Shown here piece after piece: positions 7,511 through 15,145 of a stretch of 15,484 nt of DNA. Position numbers and translations under genes: made by a program. Positions within the stretch are counted from its first letter, which is position 1, and every line of letters begins with the position of its first letter. Source of the DNA: a virus (Duplodnaviria; Heunggongvirae; Uroviricota; Caudoviricetes); the IMG/VR virus record IMGVR_UViG_3300039384_000089; one strand, written 5' to 3'. The notes under the pieces were generated by a model. That model made no database searches. It saw nothing but the letters and a program-made list of their open reading frames with translations, and was not told the origin of the DNA.

Positions 7511-8977
7511 ATGGCTACGTGGCAACAGGGTATTAATTCTGGTGGTTTTCTGGCTGGCATCGGTACGCAAAATGAGAATGCGCCAAAGGCAAGCGACATT
7601 AACGCAACGCTTGGTCTGATCCGCGAAAACAATGAACTGGCTCGATCAGGTGCAAATAACGTTGCTCTGACAGGTCTTCGTGGTCTGGCTGGAGTTGCTG
7701 ATATTTATAAGCAGCAGCAACAGCAGGAGCGTAAAGCGGCATTCCAGAAAGGTTATGCAGATGCTTATGCGTCCGGCGACAGGGAGAAGATGCGTAATCT
7801 TATTACAGCATTCCCAGAAGAGTTTGAGGAAGTCCGTAAAGGCATGGGGTATGTCGATGACGCCCAGCGGGATGATTTTGGCAATCTGGCGCTTAAAGCA
7901 CAGGTAGCTTCGTCGCTTGGTCCGGGCGCATTTGGCAGGTTCATGATGGATAACGAAAAGGAGATGCGTCGTTTAGGTATCCCTCCAGAAACTATTGCTG
8001 AAATGCAGGTTAATGACCCGCAGGGCTTCCAGCACTTCGCAGGTAATCTGGCACTGTTTTCTCTCGGCCATGAGAAGTACTTCGATATCAAAGATCAAAT
8101 GGAAGGTCGGGATATTGAACGTGGCAAGTTGGCAGAGACAATCCGCAGCAATCAGGCCAGCGAAGCACTTCAGGCGAGAGGGCAGGATATTAGCCGAGCA
8201 AATGCGTTAACGTCAGCATATGCACCAACAGCAGCAATGCAGAATTACAATCAGTACGCTCAAATGTTAAAGGCGGATCCAGAGGGGGCGGCGGCATTTG
8301 CGGCAGCGGCTGGAATTAATACAAACGCCAAAAAATTAATGAGTGTTAGAGAAAACGATGATGGCACTGTCACAAAATACTACACAGACGGAAGTGAAGA
8401 GCAGGGAAAACTAAACCAGCCAATATCTGGAGATGGGTTTCGTCCAATAGCTTTGCCAACAGCCCAAAAGATCATGGAAAAGTCGCCAGAAGGGGCTAAA
8501 AAAGCTGCTGGATTTGCATACAGGGTTAGGGATGCTCTTGATTCAATAGATACACTGAAAGACCAGCTTAGCCCACAGCGAGTGGCGATCATTAATAATG
8601 CTTTGGGTAATGGGACGCTGGCTAACTTAACGCTCAGCCCAACAGAGCAGCAATACGTTGTTAATGCTAATGACGCAATAATGGCAATACTCCGTCAGGA
8701 AACAGGGGCATCTATCCTACCAGCTGAAATGTCCAAATATTATCAAATGTATTTCCCTCAGCCTGGTGATTCCACAAAAACCATTGATACCAAGCGCCGG
8801 AAGATGGAAAACCAGTTCAATTCGCTGAAAGCTGCTTCTGGTCGAGCTTATGATGCTTTGCGGGTTATTTCAGCAGTTGACAGAGGAACTTCTTCTTCGT
8901 CGCAGACATTGCCGCAATCTGAGCAGGTATCACAGCCAGCAGCCAGCAGTAATTTTTCTTCACTATGGGGTGATTAA
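7511..8977 (+). CDS. cargo protein B (488 aa), Ala/Gln-rich, largely helical, unknown function
   Basis: Long ORF; ATG 7511 preferred over the GTG at 7499 used by the ORF track. Stop overlaps the next start (TAATG). No catalytic motif recognised. Confidence 0.8.
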   Translation: MATWQQGINSGGFLAGIGTQNENAPKASDINATLGLIRENNELARSGANNVALTGLRGLAGVADIYKQQQQQERKAAFQKGYADAYASGDREKMRNLITAFPEEFEEVRKGMGYVDDAQRDDFGNLALKAQVASSLGPGAFGRFMMDNEKEMRRLGIPPETIAEMQVNDPQGFQHFAGNLALFSLGHEKYFDIKDQMEGRDIERGKLAETIRSNQASEALQARGQDISRANALTSAYAPTAAMQNYNQYAQMLKADPEGAAAFAAAAGINTNAKKLMSVRENDDGTVTKYYTDGSEEQGKLNQPISGDGFRPIALPTAQKIMEKSPEGAKKAAGFAYRVRDALDSIDTLKDQLSPQRVAIINNALGNGTLANLTLSPTEQQYVVNANDAIMAILRQETGASILPAEMSKYYQMYFPQPGDSTKTIDTKRRKMENQFNSLKAASGRAYDALRVISAVDRGTSSSSQTLPQSEQVSQPAASSNFSSLWGD

Positions 8978-11082
8978 TGGCTAAAGCATGGAAAGATGTT
9001 ATCGCTTCTCCACAGTATCAGGCGTTAGCACCAGAACAAAAAGCGCAGGCTCAGGAGCAATACTTCAATGAAGTCGTGGCCCCGCAAGCCGGAGAAAGTG
9101 TAGAGCAGGCTAAGCAGGCTTTTTATGCTGCCTATCCACTACCATCAACGAATGAAATAGACCGATCCCAATCAGCAACTCAAAATATTCAACATACATC
9201 ATCTGATAATTCTCTTGCGTCAGGGTATGCAAAGTTAGCTACTCAGCAAAGAGAGGGGCTTGAGCGTTCAGCAGAACAGGGAGCCAGTCTTGGGGCTGCG
9301 ATGCGCGATGCTATAACAGGCGAAAGCCGAATGACTCCAGAGATGGAGAGACTGCAAAATGTCGCCTCTGCCCCAGAATTGAACTCACTAAGCATGGATG
9401 CCCTAAAGGCTGGATGGTCTCAACTTTTCGGCTCTGACGCGTCTCAGGAAAAGATTCTTCAGGGGATGGGGGCGACATTAAGGCAGGATGAGAAGGGGAA
9501 TACTATCGTTTCTCTGCCATCAGGTGATTATGCCCTGAACAAGCCGGGTTTATCACCGCAAGACCTGACTTCGTTTCTTGCTAATGCGTTGGCGTTTACA
9601 CCAGCGGGCAGGGCTGGAACGGTGCTTGGTGCCATAGGAAAATCAGCAGCTACAGATTTAGCACTACAGGGAGCCACCAGCCTTGCTGGTGGAGAAGATA
9701 TTGATCCGTTACAAACGGTAATTTCTGCTGGCATTGGTGGTATTGGTAAGGGGCTGGAAAATACAGCGAGTGCGGTTTCGAGGGCTGTTCGTGGTGATAT
9801 GTCGCCTGAAGCAAAGGCTGCTGTCGACTTTGCATCGGAAAGAAATCTGCCGTTAATGACCAGTGACATGCTGAAAGATAAAACCTTTATGCAGAGTCAG
9901 GCTCAGACATTAGGCGAAAGAGTTCCTTTTTTTGGAACCGGTAAGAATCGGCTGAATCAACAACAAGCACGAGAAAATTTAGTCAGAACATTTAGCGATG
10001 GTCTGGGTGGCATTTCTGATAAACAGCTTTATGAATCTGCGACTAAAGGGCAACAAAAATTCATTGAGGCAGCAGGAAAGCGATATAACCGCATAATTGA
10101 CGCTATGGGGGATACCCCTGTCGATCTCTCAAACACGGTAAAAGCTATCGACAATCAGATTGCCGTGTTAAGCCGCCCGGGCAAATCTCAGGATAGAGCC
10201 GCGGTAAAAGTCTTGCAGCAATTTAAAGACGATATCACCAGCGGACCAAATGACCTGCGTCTGGCGAGGGAAAACAGAACCGATCTTCGAAAGCGATTTA
10301 TGGCGTCATCTGACACTGTTGATAAAGATACGCTCCAGAAAGCCAGCGATATTATCTACAAGGCATATACGGCGGATATGAAAAAAGCCGTAGCCAAAAA
10401 TCTTGGAGCAGACGAAGCCATTAATATGGCAAGGGTTGATCGCTCATGGTCTAAATTCAATGACATGATGGGAAGAACGCGCGTTCAAAAGGCAATAGCC
10501 AGCGGCAAGGCCACGCCTGAGGATGTAACAAAACTCGTTTTTAGCCAAAGCCCATCAGAACGTTCTCAGCTTTACAGGCTTCTGGATGACAATGGTAGGC
10601 AAAACGCACGAGCAGCCATAGTTCAGAATGCTGTAGATAAGGCGACTGATCCGTCTGGAAATATCAGTGTTGAGAAGTTTATTAATGCGTTACACCGGAA
10701 CAGGAAGCAATCAGCAACTTTCTTTAAAGGCGTACATGGAAAGGAACTGGACGGCGTTATTAAATACCTCAACGATACAAGACACGCGGCAAAAGCGAAC
10801 GTTCAAAACTTAAATGGTCAGCAGCTTTATGGATTGTTAGTTGGTGGTGGCATCATAAACGCAGCAGTATTAGCGGGGATGCTAAAAACGGCTGCGTTTG
10901 TTGTTCCTGCTGCTGGTGCCGTAGGCGGAGCAGCGAAGGCATACGAAAGCCCTGTTATACGAAATGCCTTGTTACGTCTGGCAAATACGCCAAAAGGTAG
11001 CACAGCATATGACAGAGCGATCAGTACGGTCACACAATCGCTCACCAGAGTCGCACAGGCATCACAAAAAGAAGTTCAATAA
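8977..11082 (+). CDS. cargo protein C (701 aa), unknown function, with a C-terminal Gly/Ala-rich hydrophobic hairpin
   Basis: Long ORF coupled to B. Hydrophobic segment LYGLLVGGGIINAAVLAGMLKTAAFVVPAAGAVGGAA at about nt 10815-10935. A second Gly-rich stretch (ISAGIGGIGKG) mid-protein. No canonical Walker A. Confidence 0.85.
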   Translation: MAKAWKDVIASPQYQALAPEQKAQAQEQYFNEVVAPQAGESVEQAKQAFYAAYPLPSTNEIDRSQSATQNIQHTSSDNSLASGYAKLATQQREGLERSAEQGASLGAAMRDAITGESRMTPEMERLQNVASAPELNSLSMDALKAGWSQLFGSDASQEKILQGMGATLRQDEKGNTIVSLPSGDYALNKPGLSPQDLTSFLANALAFTPAGRAGTVLGAIGKSAATDLALQGATSLAGGEDIDPLQTVISAGIGGIGKGLENTASAVSRAVRGDMSPEAKAAVDFASERNLPLMTSDMLKDKTFMQSQAQTLGERVPFFGTGKNRLNQQQARENLVRTFSDGLGGISDKQLYESATKGQQKFIEAAGKRYNRIIDAMGDTPVDLSNTVKAIDNQIAVLSRPGKSQDRAAVKVLQQFKDDITSGPNDLRLARENRTDLRKRFMASSDTVDKDTLQKASDIIYKAYTADMKKAVAKNLGADEAINMARVDRSWSKFNDMMGRTRVQKAIASGKATPEDVTKLVFSQSPSERSQLYRLLDDNGRQNARAAIVQNAVDKATDPSGNISVEKFINALHRNRKQSATFFKGVHGKELDGVIKYLNDTRHAAKANVQNLNGQQLYGLLVGGGIINAAVLAGMLKTAAFVVPAAGAVGGAAKAYESPVIRNALLRLANTPKGSTAYDRAISTVTQSLTRVAQASQKEVQ

Positions 11083-11100
11083 CTGGTTAGCCACGGATGG

Positions 11101-11451
11101 CTAATTTTTGTTCTTTGCTCTCATCCACAGGTAAAGAAGGGCAAGAACAAGACAAAAAACAGAGAATAGATAACCTACCTCATATGATGCGCCAAAAAAA
11201 TTAGCTATTGATACGGGCAAAAAAGCTGAAGCGATCAAAATTGAAAGGCAAAAAATAAGACCAGTAATATAGTTTATTAAATTCTTAAATGAGAAACGTT
11301 TTGCTTGATTTATGGTCTTAGCGAACGATCGCTTAACGACGGATAAAAGCAAATAGATGGCGACAGTTGCTAATGCCCCTTTCCACCAGTCTGGATATAG
11401 TTTTGCGACAATCAGACCAAGGAAAACCATGATGACAGCCTGAGCATTCAC
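11101..11451 (-). CDS. small polytopic membrane protein (about 116 aa, about 4 predicted TM helices), convergent with protein C
   Basis: GGGAGGG sits 5 nt before the GTG whose codon is 11449-11451 on the minus strand. The ORF track extends to 11688 but upstream ATGs lack an RBS. Four hydrophobic stretches of roughly 15-19 residues. Ends 19 bp from the stop of C. Confidence 0.6.
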   Translation of the reverse strand: MNAQAVIMVFLGLIVAKLYPDWWKGALATVAIYLLLSVVKRSFAKTINQAKRFSFKNLINYITGLIFCLSILIASAFLPVSIANFFGASYEVGYLFSVFCLVLALLYLWMRAKNKN

Positions 11452-11577
11452 ACCAACCCTCCCTTTAGCGTTGTTTAGAATGGCAATCATCATATATCCA
11501 AGACATGGCATTTGGTACATAGCTTGGGTCGGGATTTCAAATCCGCCCCCGTTGATGGGGTCGTTACAGTACGCGCA

Positions 11578-11945
11578 TATCCGCTTTATGTGAAACAGGA
11601 AGATTTTTCTGATATCACTGCCACAGCAAAACACCAATTTCGAGACAAGTACGCGCGCGAGGGGTATCAGTTGCAAAAAGTTTTGCAACTGCGTCCGACT
11701 AGTACGCGCACGATGGCGGGGGATACCATAAAAGTGTTCTCTACATGAGACAGAGTGGTGGTGATGTGTTGATTATCGGCGCATATGCGCACAGGACGCG
11801 CTATGACAATGTTTTATGCGGGTACACCAATCACATGTATCTGGTGTGATAAATCGCGTTACATGACCTCTCATGTTGTGCTGGTGGTTATCACGACTTT
11901 CTGAATCTGGCCTTTGCCTGATATTTTGCGACAAGTACGCGCGCG
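11578..11945. repeat. cluster of direct AGTACGCGC repeats, two extended to GACAAGTACGCGCGCG with palindromic TA(CG)nTA cores
   Basis: Copies at 11578, 11648, 11701 and 11934, all on the same strand. Nearby palindromes TTGCAAAA-AG-TTTTGCAA (11671-11688) and GCGCATATGCGC (11780-11791). About 450 bp without a convincing ORF. Confidence 0.5.
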
Positions 11946-11973
11946 TAGCATCGACAGCATACACATTGGATAT

Positions 11974-12195
11974 TCATTTTGTGACCAATGCGATAAGTAG
12001 CGGGATAAGAATTGATAAAATCAACAGGCCGATGATCCACTTTTGATTTTCACTGGCCTTATCTCTATTTTCATCAATCTTATCAATAATTCGACGCTCC
12101 AATCCGTGCATATCACCGCGAATGGCAATCATCTCATTGCGAACATCAGGGAAGTGGTTGGCTTGATGTTCAATGTGTGGCGTTCTGCCTTTCAT
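11974..12195 (-). CDS. small C-terminally anchored membrane protein (73 aa)
   Basis: GAGGA sits 4 nt before the ATG at 12195 (minus strand). Charged, helical N-terminal half, then one hydrophobic helix (WIIGLLILSILIPLLIALV) at the C-terminus. Confidence 0.55.
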   Translation of the reverse strand: MKGRTPHIEHQANHFPDVRNEMIAIRGDMHGLERRIIDKIDENRDKASENQKWIIGLLILSILIPLLIALVTK

Positions 12196-12274
12196 ATCTG
12201 ATCCTCACCTATCGTCACTACCTGCTGGTGTATAAAGGTATTGGCCCAAGCAACTTTCCAATGGGCACTCATGT

Positions 12275-12730
12275 TTATACGCTGACCTTACAATCAATCA
12301 CTGCTTTTAGCTTTTCAGCATTGCTTCCCTGACGCTTCCACGCGCTGTAAATATCTTTATCCCACGCTTTACCAGCTTTTGTTTGATAGCCTGCTTCATT
12401 GATCCGTTCAGCTATCACACGCCCATTATCAAATCCCTGTTGGATGGTATCGGCAATGATCTTTATAACTGCCGTTTCGTTATATGGTTTTGGTGGGATG
12501 TTCGGCTTTCCGGCAATAAGCGACGCAGCGGCTTTTTCCATGCGCTCCACCAGCCCAAGCATTCGTGAATCAATAGACTTTTCCGGCTGCCCCAGCTTCA
12601 TGCGAATCGCATCAACAAGCCAGGAGGTTTTATCTCCTCCAGAAGCGAGAACAGACCGATTAAACTCATCCTGCAATTCAGATGGGATGCGGAACGCGAC
12701 CAGATTAGATTTGCTCATTGCAAAGACCAT
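12275..12730 (-). CDS. ribbon-helix-helix (Arc/CopG-like) DNA-binding protein with a C-terminal extension (about 147-151 aa)
   Basis: N-terminus NLVAFRIPSELQDEFNRSVLASGGDKTSWLVDAIRMKL fits the RHH beta-alpha-alpha pattern. Start is ambiguous between the ATGs at 12730 and 12718. Palindromic operators lie in its promoter. Confidence 0.65.
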   Translation of the reverse strand: MVFAMSKSNLVAFRIPSELQDEFNRSVLASGGDKTSWLVDAIRMKLGQPEKSIDSRMLGLVERMEKAAASLIAGKPNIPPKPYNETAVIKIIADTIQQGFDNGRVIAERINEAGYQTKAGKAWDKDIYSAWKRQGSNAEKLKAVIDCKVSV

Positions 12731-12747
12731 ATCAGTGAGTAATATCC

Positions 12748-12778
12748 ATACAGTATACCACTGTATAACACTGTTATA
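12748..12778. promoter_or_regulatory. overlapping palindromic operator-like sites (ATACAGT-ATACC-ACTGTAT and TATAACA-C-TGTTATA) upstream of the RHH gene
   Basis: Perfect 7-bp inverted repeat arms, located 18-48 bp upstream of the minus-strand RHH start. Confidence 0.4.
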
Positions 12779-12832
12779 CGCTCAAATATCAGCCAGAAAA
12801 TAACGGACCAATCACAAATCTATCGCTGTGTT

Positions 12833-12960
12833 GTTGGTTCAGAGCTGGGCTGTGTTGGTTCAAAATGAGTTGATGTTGGTTCAATATTTCAGAAAAAACA
12901 CAATAAAAACAACAATCTTTACAAATTGAACCAACTGAACCAACTGAACCAACACCTTTT
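12833..12960. repeat. iteron cluster 2: 3 spaced GTTGGTTCA, AT-rich spacer, 3 tandem TGAACCAAC; inverted copy of cluster 1
   Basis: GTTGGTTCA at 12833, 12854 and 12875. TGAACCAAC at 12927, 12936 and 12945. Positions 12917-12960 are the exact reverse complement of 6767-6810 (44 bp). Confidence 0.7.
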
Positions 12961-12989
12961 TGCTTATCTATATAATCTGAGAGGCAGAA

Positions 12990-13271
12990 ATGATAAGGGA
13001 CAGGAAAGCTGAAGAGCTGGAGTCAAAAGGGCTATACCGGAGAGCTGCCGCACGATGGATGGAAGTCATGCTGTTATGCACCGAGGACGATGATCGGGAA
13101 TGGATAAAGCGCCGCCGTGAAACGTGTCTGGAGAACGTGAAGCGCCCGCCCGTGAAGGTTGAGGAATTTGGCGACCTGCATAAAGCTGTTACCGAAACGC
13201 AACACCGCATGGGGATAGCGCAACCGAACGGTAACGCCTTCCGGTTAAATGGCGGCAAGAGGCAAAGGTAG
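12990..13271 (+). CDS. PerC-family-like transcriptional regulator (93 aa)
   Basis: GAGG 5 nt before the ATG, and TATAAT at 12971-12976. Motif ...LESKGLYRRAAARWMEVM...REWIKRRRETC... matches my recollection of the PerC/Pch family. Confidence 0.6.
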   Translation: MIRDRKAEELESKGLYRRAAARWMEVMLLCTEDDDREWIKRRRETCLENVKRPPVKVEEFGDLHKAVTETQHRMGIAQPNGNAFRLNGGKRQR

Positions 13272-13319
13272 ACCACCAGAGGGAAATCATCCTCTGGCTG
13301 GCGGTTTCTGGTATTTCGG

Positions 13320-13335
13320 GACAAGTACGCGCGCG
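13320..13335. repeat. fifth copy of GACAAGTACGCGCGCG (14-bp palindromic core TACGCGCGCGCGTA)
   Basis: Same orientation and flanking pattern (ctgRtatttYgSgacaagtacgcgcgcg...tagca) as the copy at 11930. Confidence 0.5.
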
Positions 13336-13573
13336 CGTAGCACCCAATCGGTGAGGAAATAGCGTAGCGGCGACCTGAATGGTCAAAATCACAACGCAGC
13401 TATCCCCGTAAGCAGCGCTTAACGGAATAGCAGTAACCTGAATCCAGTGGGGAGGGGGTAGTCAAATCTCTACAGCCCTGACTATCCGGGACTGCCCGCC
13501 CCATCGTTTTTTTATACCCGCGAAAAATGAAATTTAATCCGGGCGTGTTTCATTCTTCCAGAGGGTATGACGT

Positions 13574-13759
13574 ATGACACCACGCGAAATAGCCTTATTG
13601 ACCATCGCCAAACTTGAGCACGGAGGCCACCAGCTTACACAGGCAGATCAACGGGAGATAGAACGATCAGTTAATGCCGATATAGCCCGGCGCGACAGGT
13701 TCCGCGAAATGATGCGAGCACCTGCCTACCAGTGGAAGAAGCCAGCGCCGCGCAGGTAG
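13574..13759 (+). CDS. hypothetical small protein (61 aa)
   Basis: AGAGGG 9 nt before the ATG. Basic C-terminus. No recognised domain. Confidence 0.4.
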   Translation: MTPREIALLTIAKLEHGGHQLTQADQREIERSVNADIARRDRFREMMRAPAYQWKKPAPRR

Positions 13760-13879
13760 ATATGGGATTATTCCACATGTAACTTATGCGTATTAAGCAA
13801 ATTTCCTTTATTCACCTTTACAGAATTGTGAGTACGTCAGTATCGTTATCCTTCCGATTCGCATTTATTCAGGATTTGC

Positions 13880-14422
13880 ATGTACCAGCTAAAGATAACC
13901 ATCCGAGACAGCAAACCACCTATATGGCGGCGTGTGCTGGTTCCAGAGCAAATCCCCTTTAGTAAACTTCATGCCGTGATCCAGTTAGCTTTTGGCTGGA
14001 ATGACGAACACCTGTATATGTTCGAGAAAGGGCGTAAAGGTGATCCAGGTAGCGAGTATCGCGTATGGGGTGAGGATGAAAGCATGGGTAACGCGGCAAT
14101 CACGCCACTATGGGCGGCGCTCCAGAATGAGGGTGGCAAGCTGGTTTACACGTATGACTTTGGCGACTGGTGGGATTGCGTCATTGTGCTGGAGAAGCAA
14201 ACACACGATACGAGTAATCAGCCCATTAGCTGCCTGCGTGGGAAAGGCACCACCCCGGCGGAAAACTCAGGCGGCTTGCATGGTTACAATGAATTGCTAT
14301 TACAGGCCAGAGAGTCTGATAATCCTGAGCAGGCCGAGATCCACAATTTCCTGATGCTGGATATTGAACGCCGGGTTTACGACCTGAGCCGCATCAACGA
14401 CAGATTGCAGGCTATTAACTGA
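13880..14422 (+). CDS. plasmid pRiA4b ORF-3-like family protein (180 aa)
   Basis: N-terminal signature YQLKITIRDSKPPIWRRVLVPEQIPFSKLHAVIQLAFGW..EHLYMF, as I recall it for this family. Confidence 0.7.
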   Translation: MYQLKITIRDSKPPIWRRVLVPEQIPFSKLHAVIQLAFGWNDEHLYMFEKGRKGDPGSEYRVWGEDESMGNAAITPLWAALQNEGGKLVYTYDFGDWWDCVIVLEKQTHDTSNQPISCLRGKGTTPAENSGGLHGYNELLLQARESDNPEQAEIHNFLMLDIERRVYDLSRINDRLQAIN

Positions 14423-14774
14423 CCCGCATGTATTCACCTGATATTGCGTTGTCAGCGCCGCCAGTATCGCGCATAACAGCGCACTGACCGGGTAAACCGT
14501 AGCGCACGACCGTTGCGTTAGTATCACCGCCGCGCCGTATCTGGCGCGATTCATACACTGTCACCCGCTCAAGCAGTCCACCAGCAACCATGCTTTCCAG
14601 TGTGCGCCGGGTTGATTCGAGCTGGTGACGCTTATCGAACGACACCATGCCATGAAGCAGGTAGGCCACACCCGACACATCGAACGGCGGCGCACCAATC
14701 TCACCAGTCACCCATTCGAGGTTATCCGGTTCAAAGTAGCTAAGTATCTCTTTTTTGCGGCTGGTCATTCTCAT
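14415..14774 (-). CDS. hypothetical protein (119 aa)
   Basis: ORF convergent with the preceding gene (8-nt overlap). Weak RBS. No recognised domain. Confidence 0.45.
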   Translation of the reverse strand: MRMTSRKKEILSYFEPDNLEWVTGEIGAPPFDVSGVAYLLHGMVSFDKRHQLESTRRTLESMVAGGLLERVTVYESRQIRRGGDTNATVVRYGLPGQCAVMRDTGGADNAISGEYMRVS

Positions 14775-14894
14775 GGCTGGCTGATTCCTTATTGTGGGAT
14801 AGCACTATCATACAATAAGTGGGTTAAAGGGAGAGCGTTACCGCCTGATATGCTGTATGAATAACAACCAAATTTCAGGGGCGGAAAAAGATAT

Positions 14895-15143
14895 GGGGGT
14901 ACTTTTGGGGGTATCTATAAAAAATGAACAATAAAAAAGGCAACAAAAACAAAGCTTATCGCCTATGTGTATTGTTCCTATTATCGCACCATTCTAACGT
15001 CTCCCCAAGTCTACTAAAGTATTTAAAAACCTCTTATAATCAGTATATTAATGCCCCTTTTAGTCTTTTGACGTCTATTTAAGTACCCCAAACTCTACAA
15101 GCAATTGAGGGGATTTGCTGTTCAGTTTAGTGGAGATACCCCC
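14895..15143. promoter_or_regulatory. integrase upstream region with GGGGTAYCT-type motifs present as inverted pairs
   Basis: GGGGTACT (14896-14903) pairs with AGTACCCC (15082-15089). GGGGTATCT (14908-14916) pairs with AGATACCCC (15134-15142). AT-rich DNA lies between them. Confidence 0.3.
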
Positions 15144-15145
15144 AA

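Noticed and set aside
9528-9869. Minus-strand ORFs 9528-9869 and 9650-9835 antisense to protein C
   Set aside because: Antisense ORFs within a long, well-supported CDS.
7333-11451. CRISPR array, retron or restriction-modification system in the cargo
   Set aside because: There are no regularly spaced direct repeats with spacers, no reverse-transcriptase motif (YxDD) and no methyltransferase or nuclease signature motifs in B, C or neighbouring ORFs.
11452-11688. N-terminal extension of the 4-TM membrane protein to 195 aa
   Set aside because: Upstream ATGs lack an RBS, the extension is not hydrophobic, and it overlaps the palindrome-rich repeat region. The GTG with GGGAGGG is a better start.
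12968-13324. 118-aa minus-strand ORF antisense to the PerC-like gene
   Set aside because: The plus-strand ORF has an RBS, a -10 and a recognisable family motif; the antisense ORF has none.
13992-14354. 120-aa alternative-frame ORF inside the pRiA4b ORF-3-like gene
   Set aside because: Arg/Ser-rich, low-complexity translation embedded in a gene with a clear family signature.
14775-15145. Possible tRNA or attachment-site tRNA fragment upstream of the integrase
   Set aside because: I found no T-loop-like GTTCGA/GTTCRA motif or tRNA-like stem arrangement; the region is AT-rich promoter-like DNA with short inverted motifs only.
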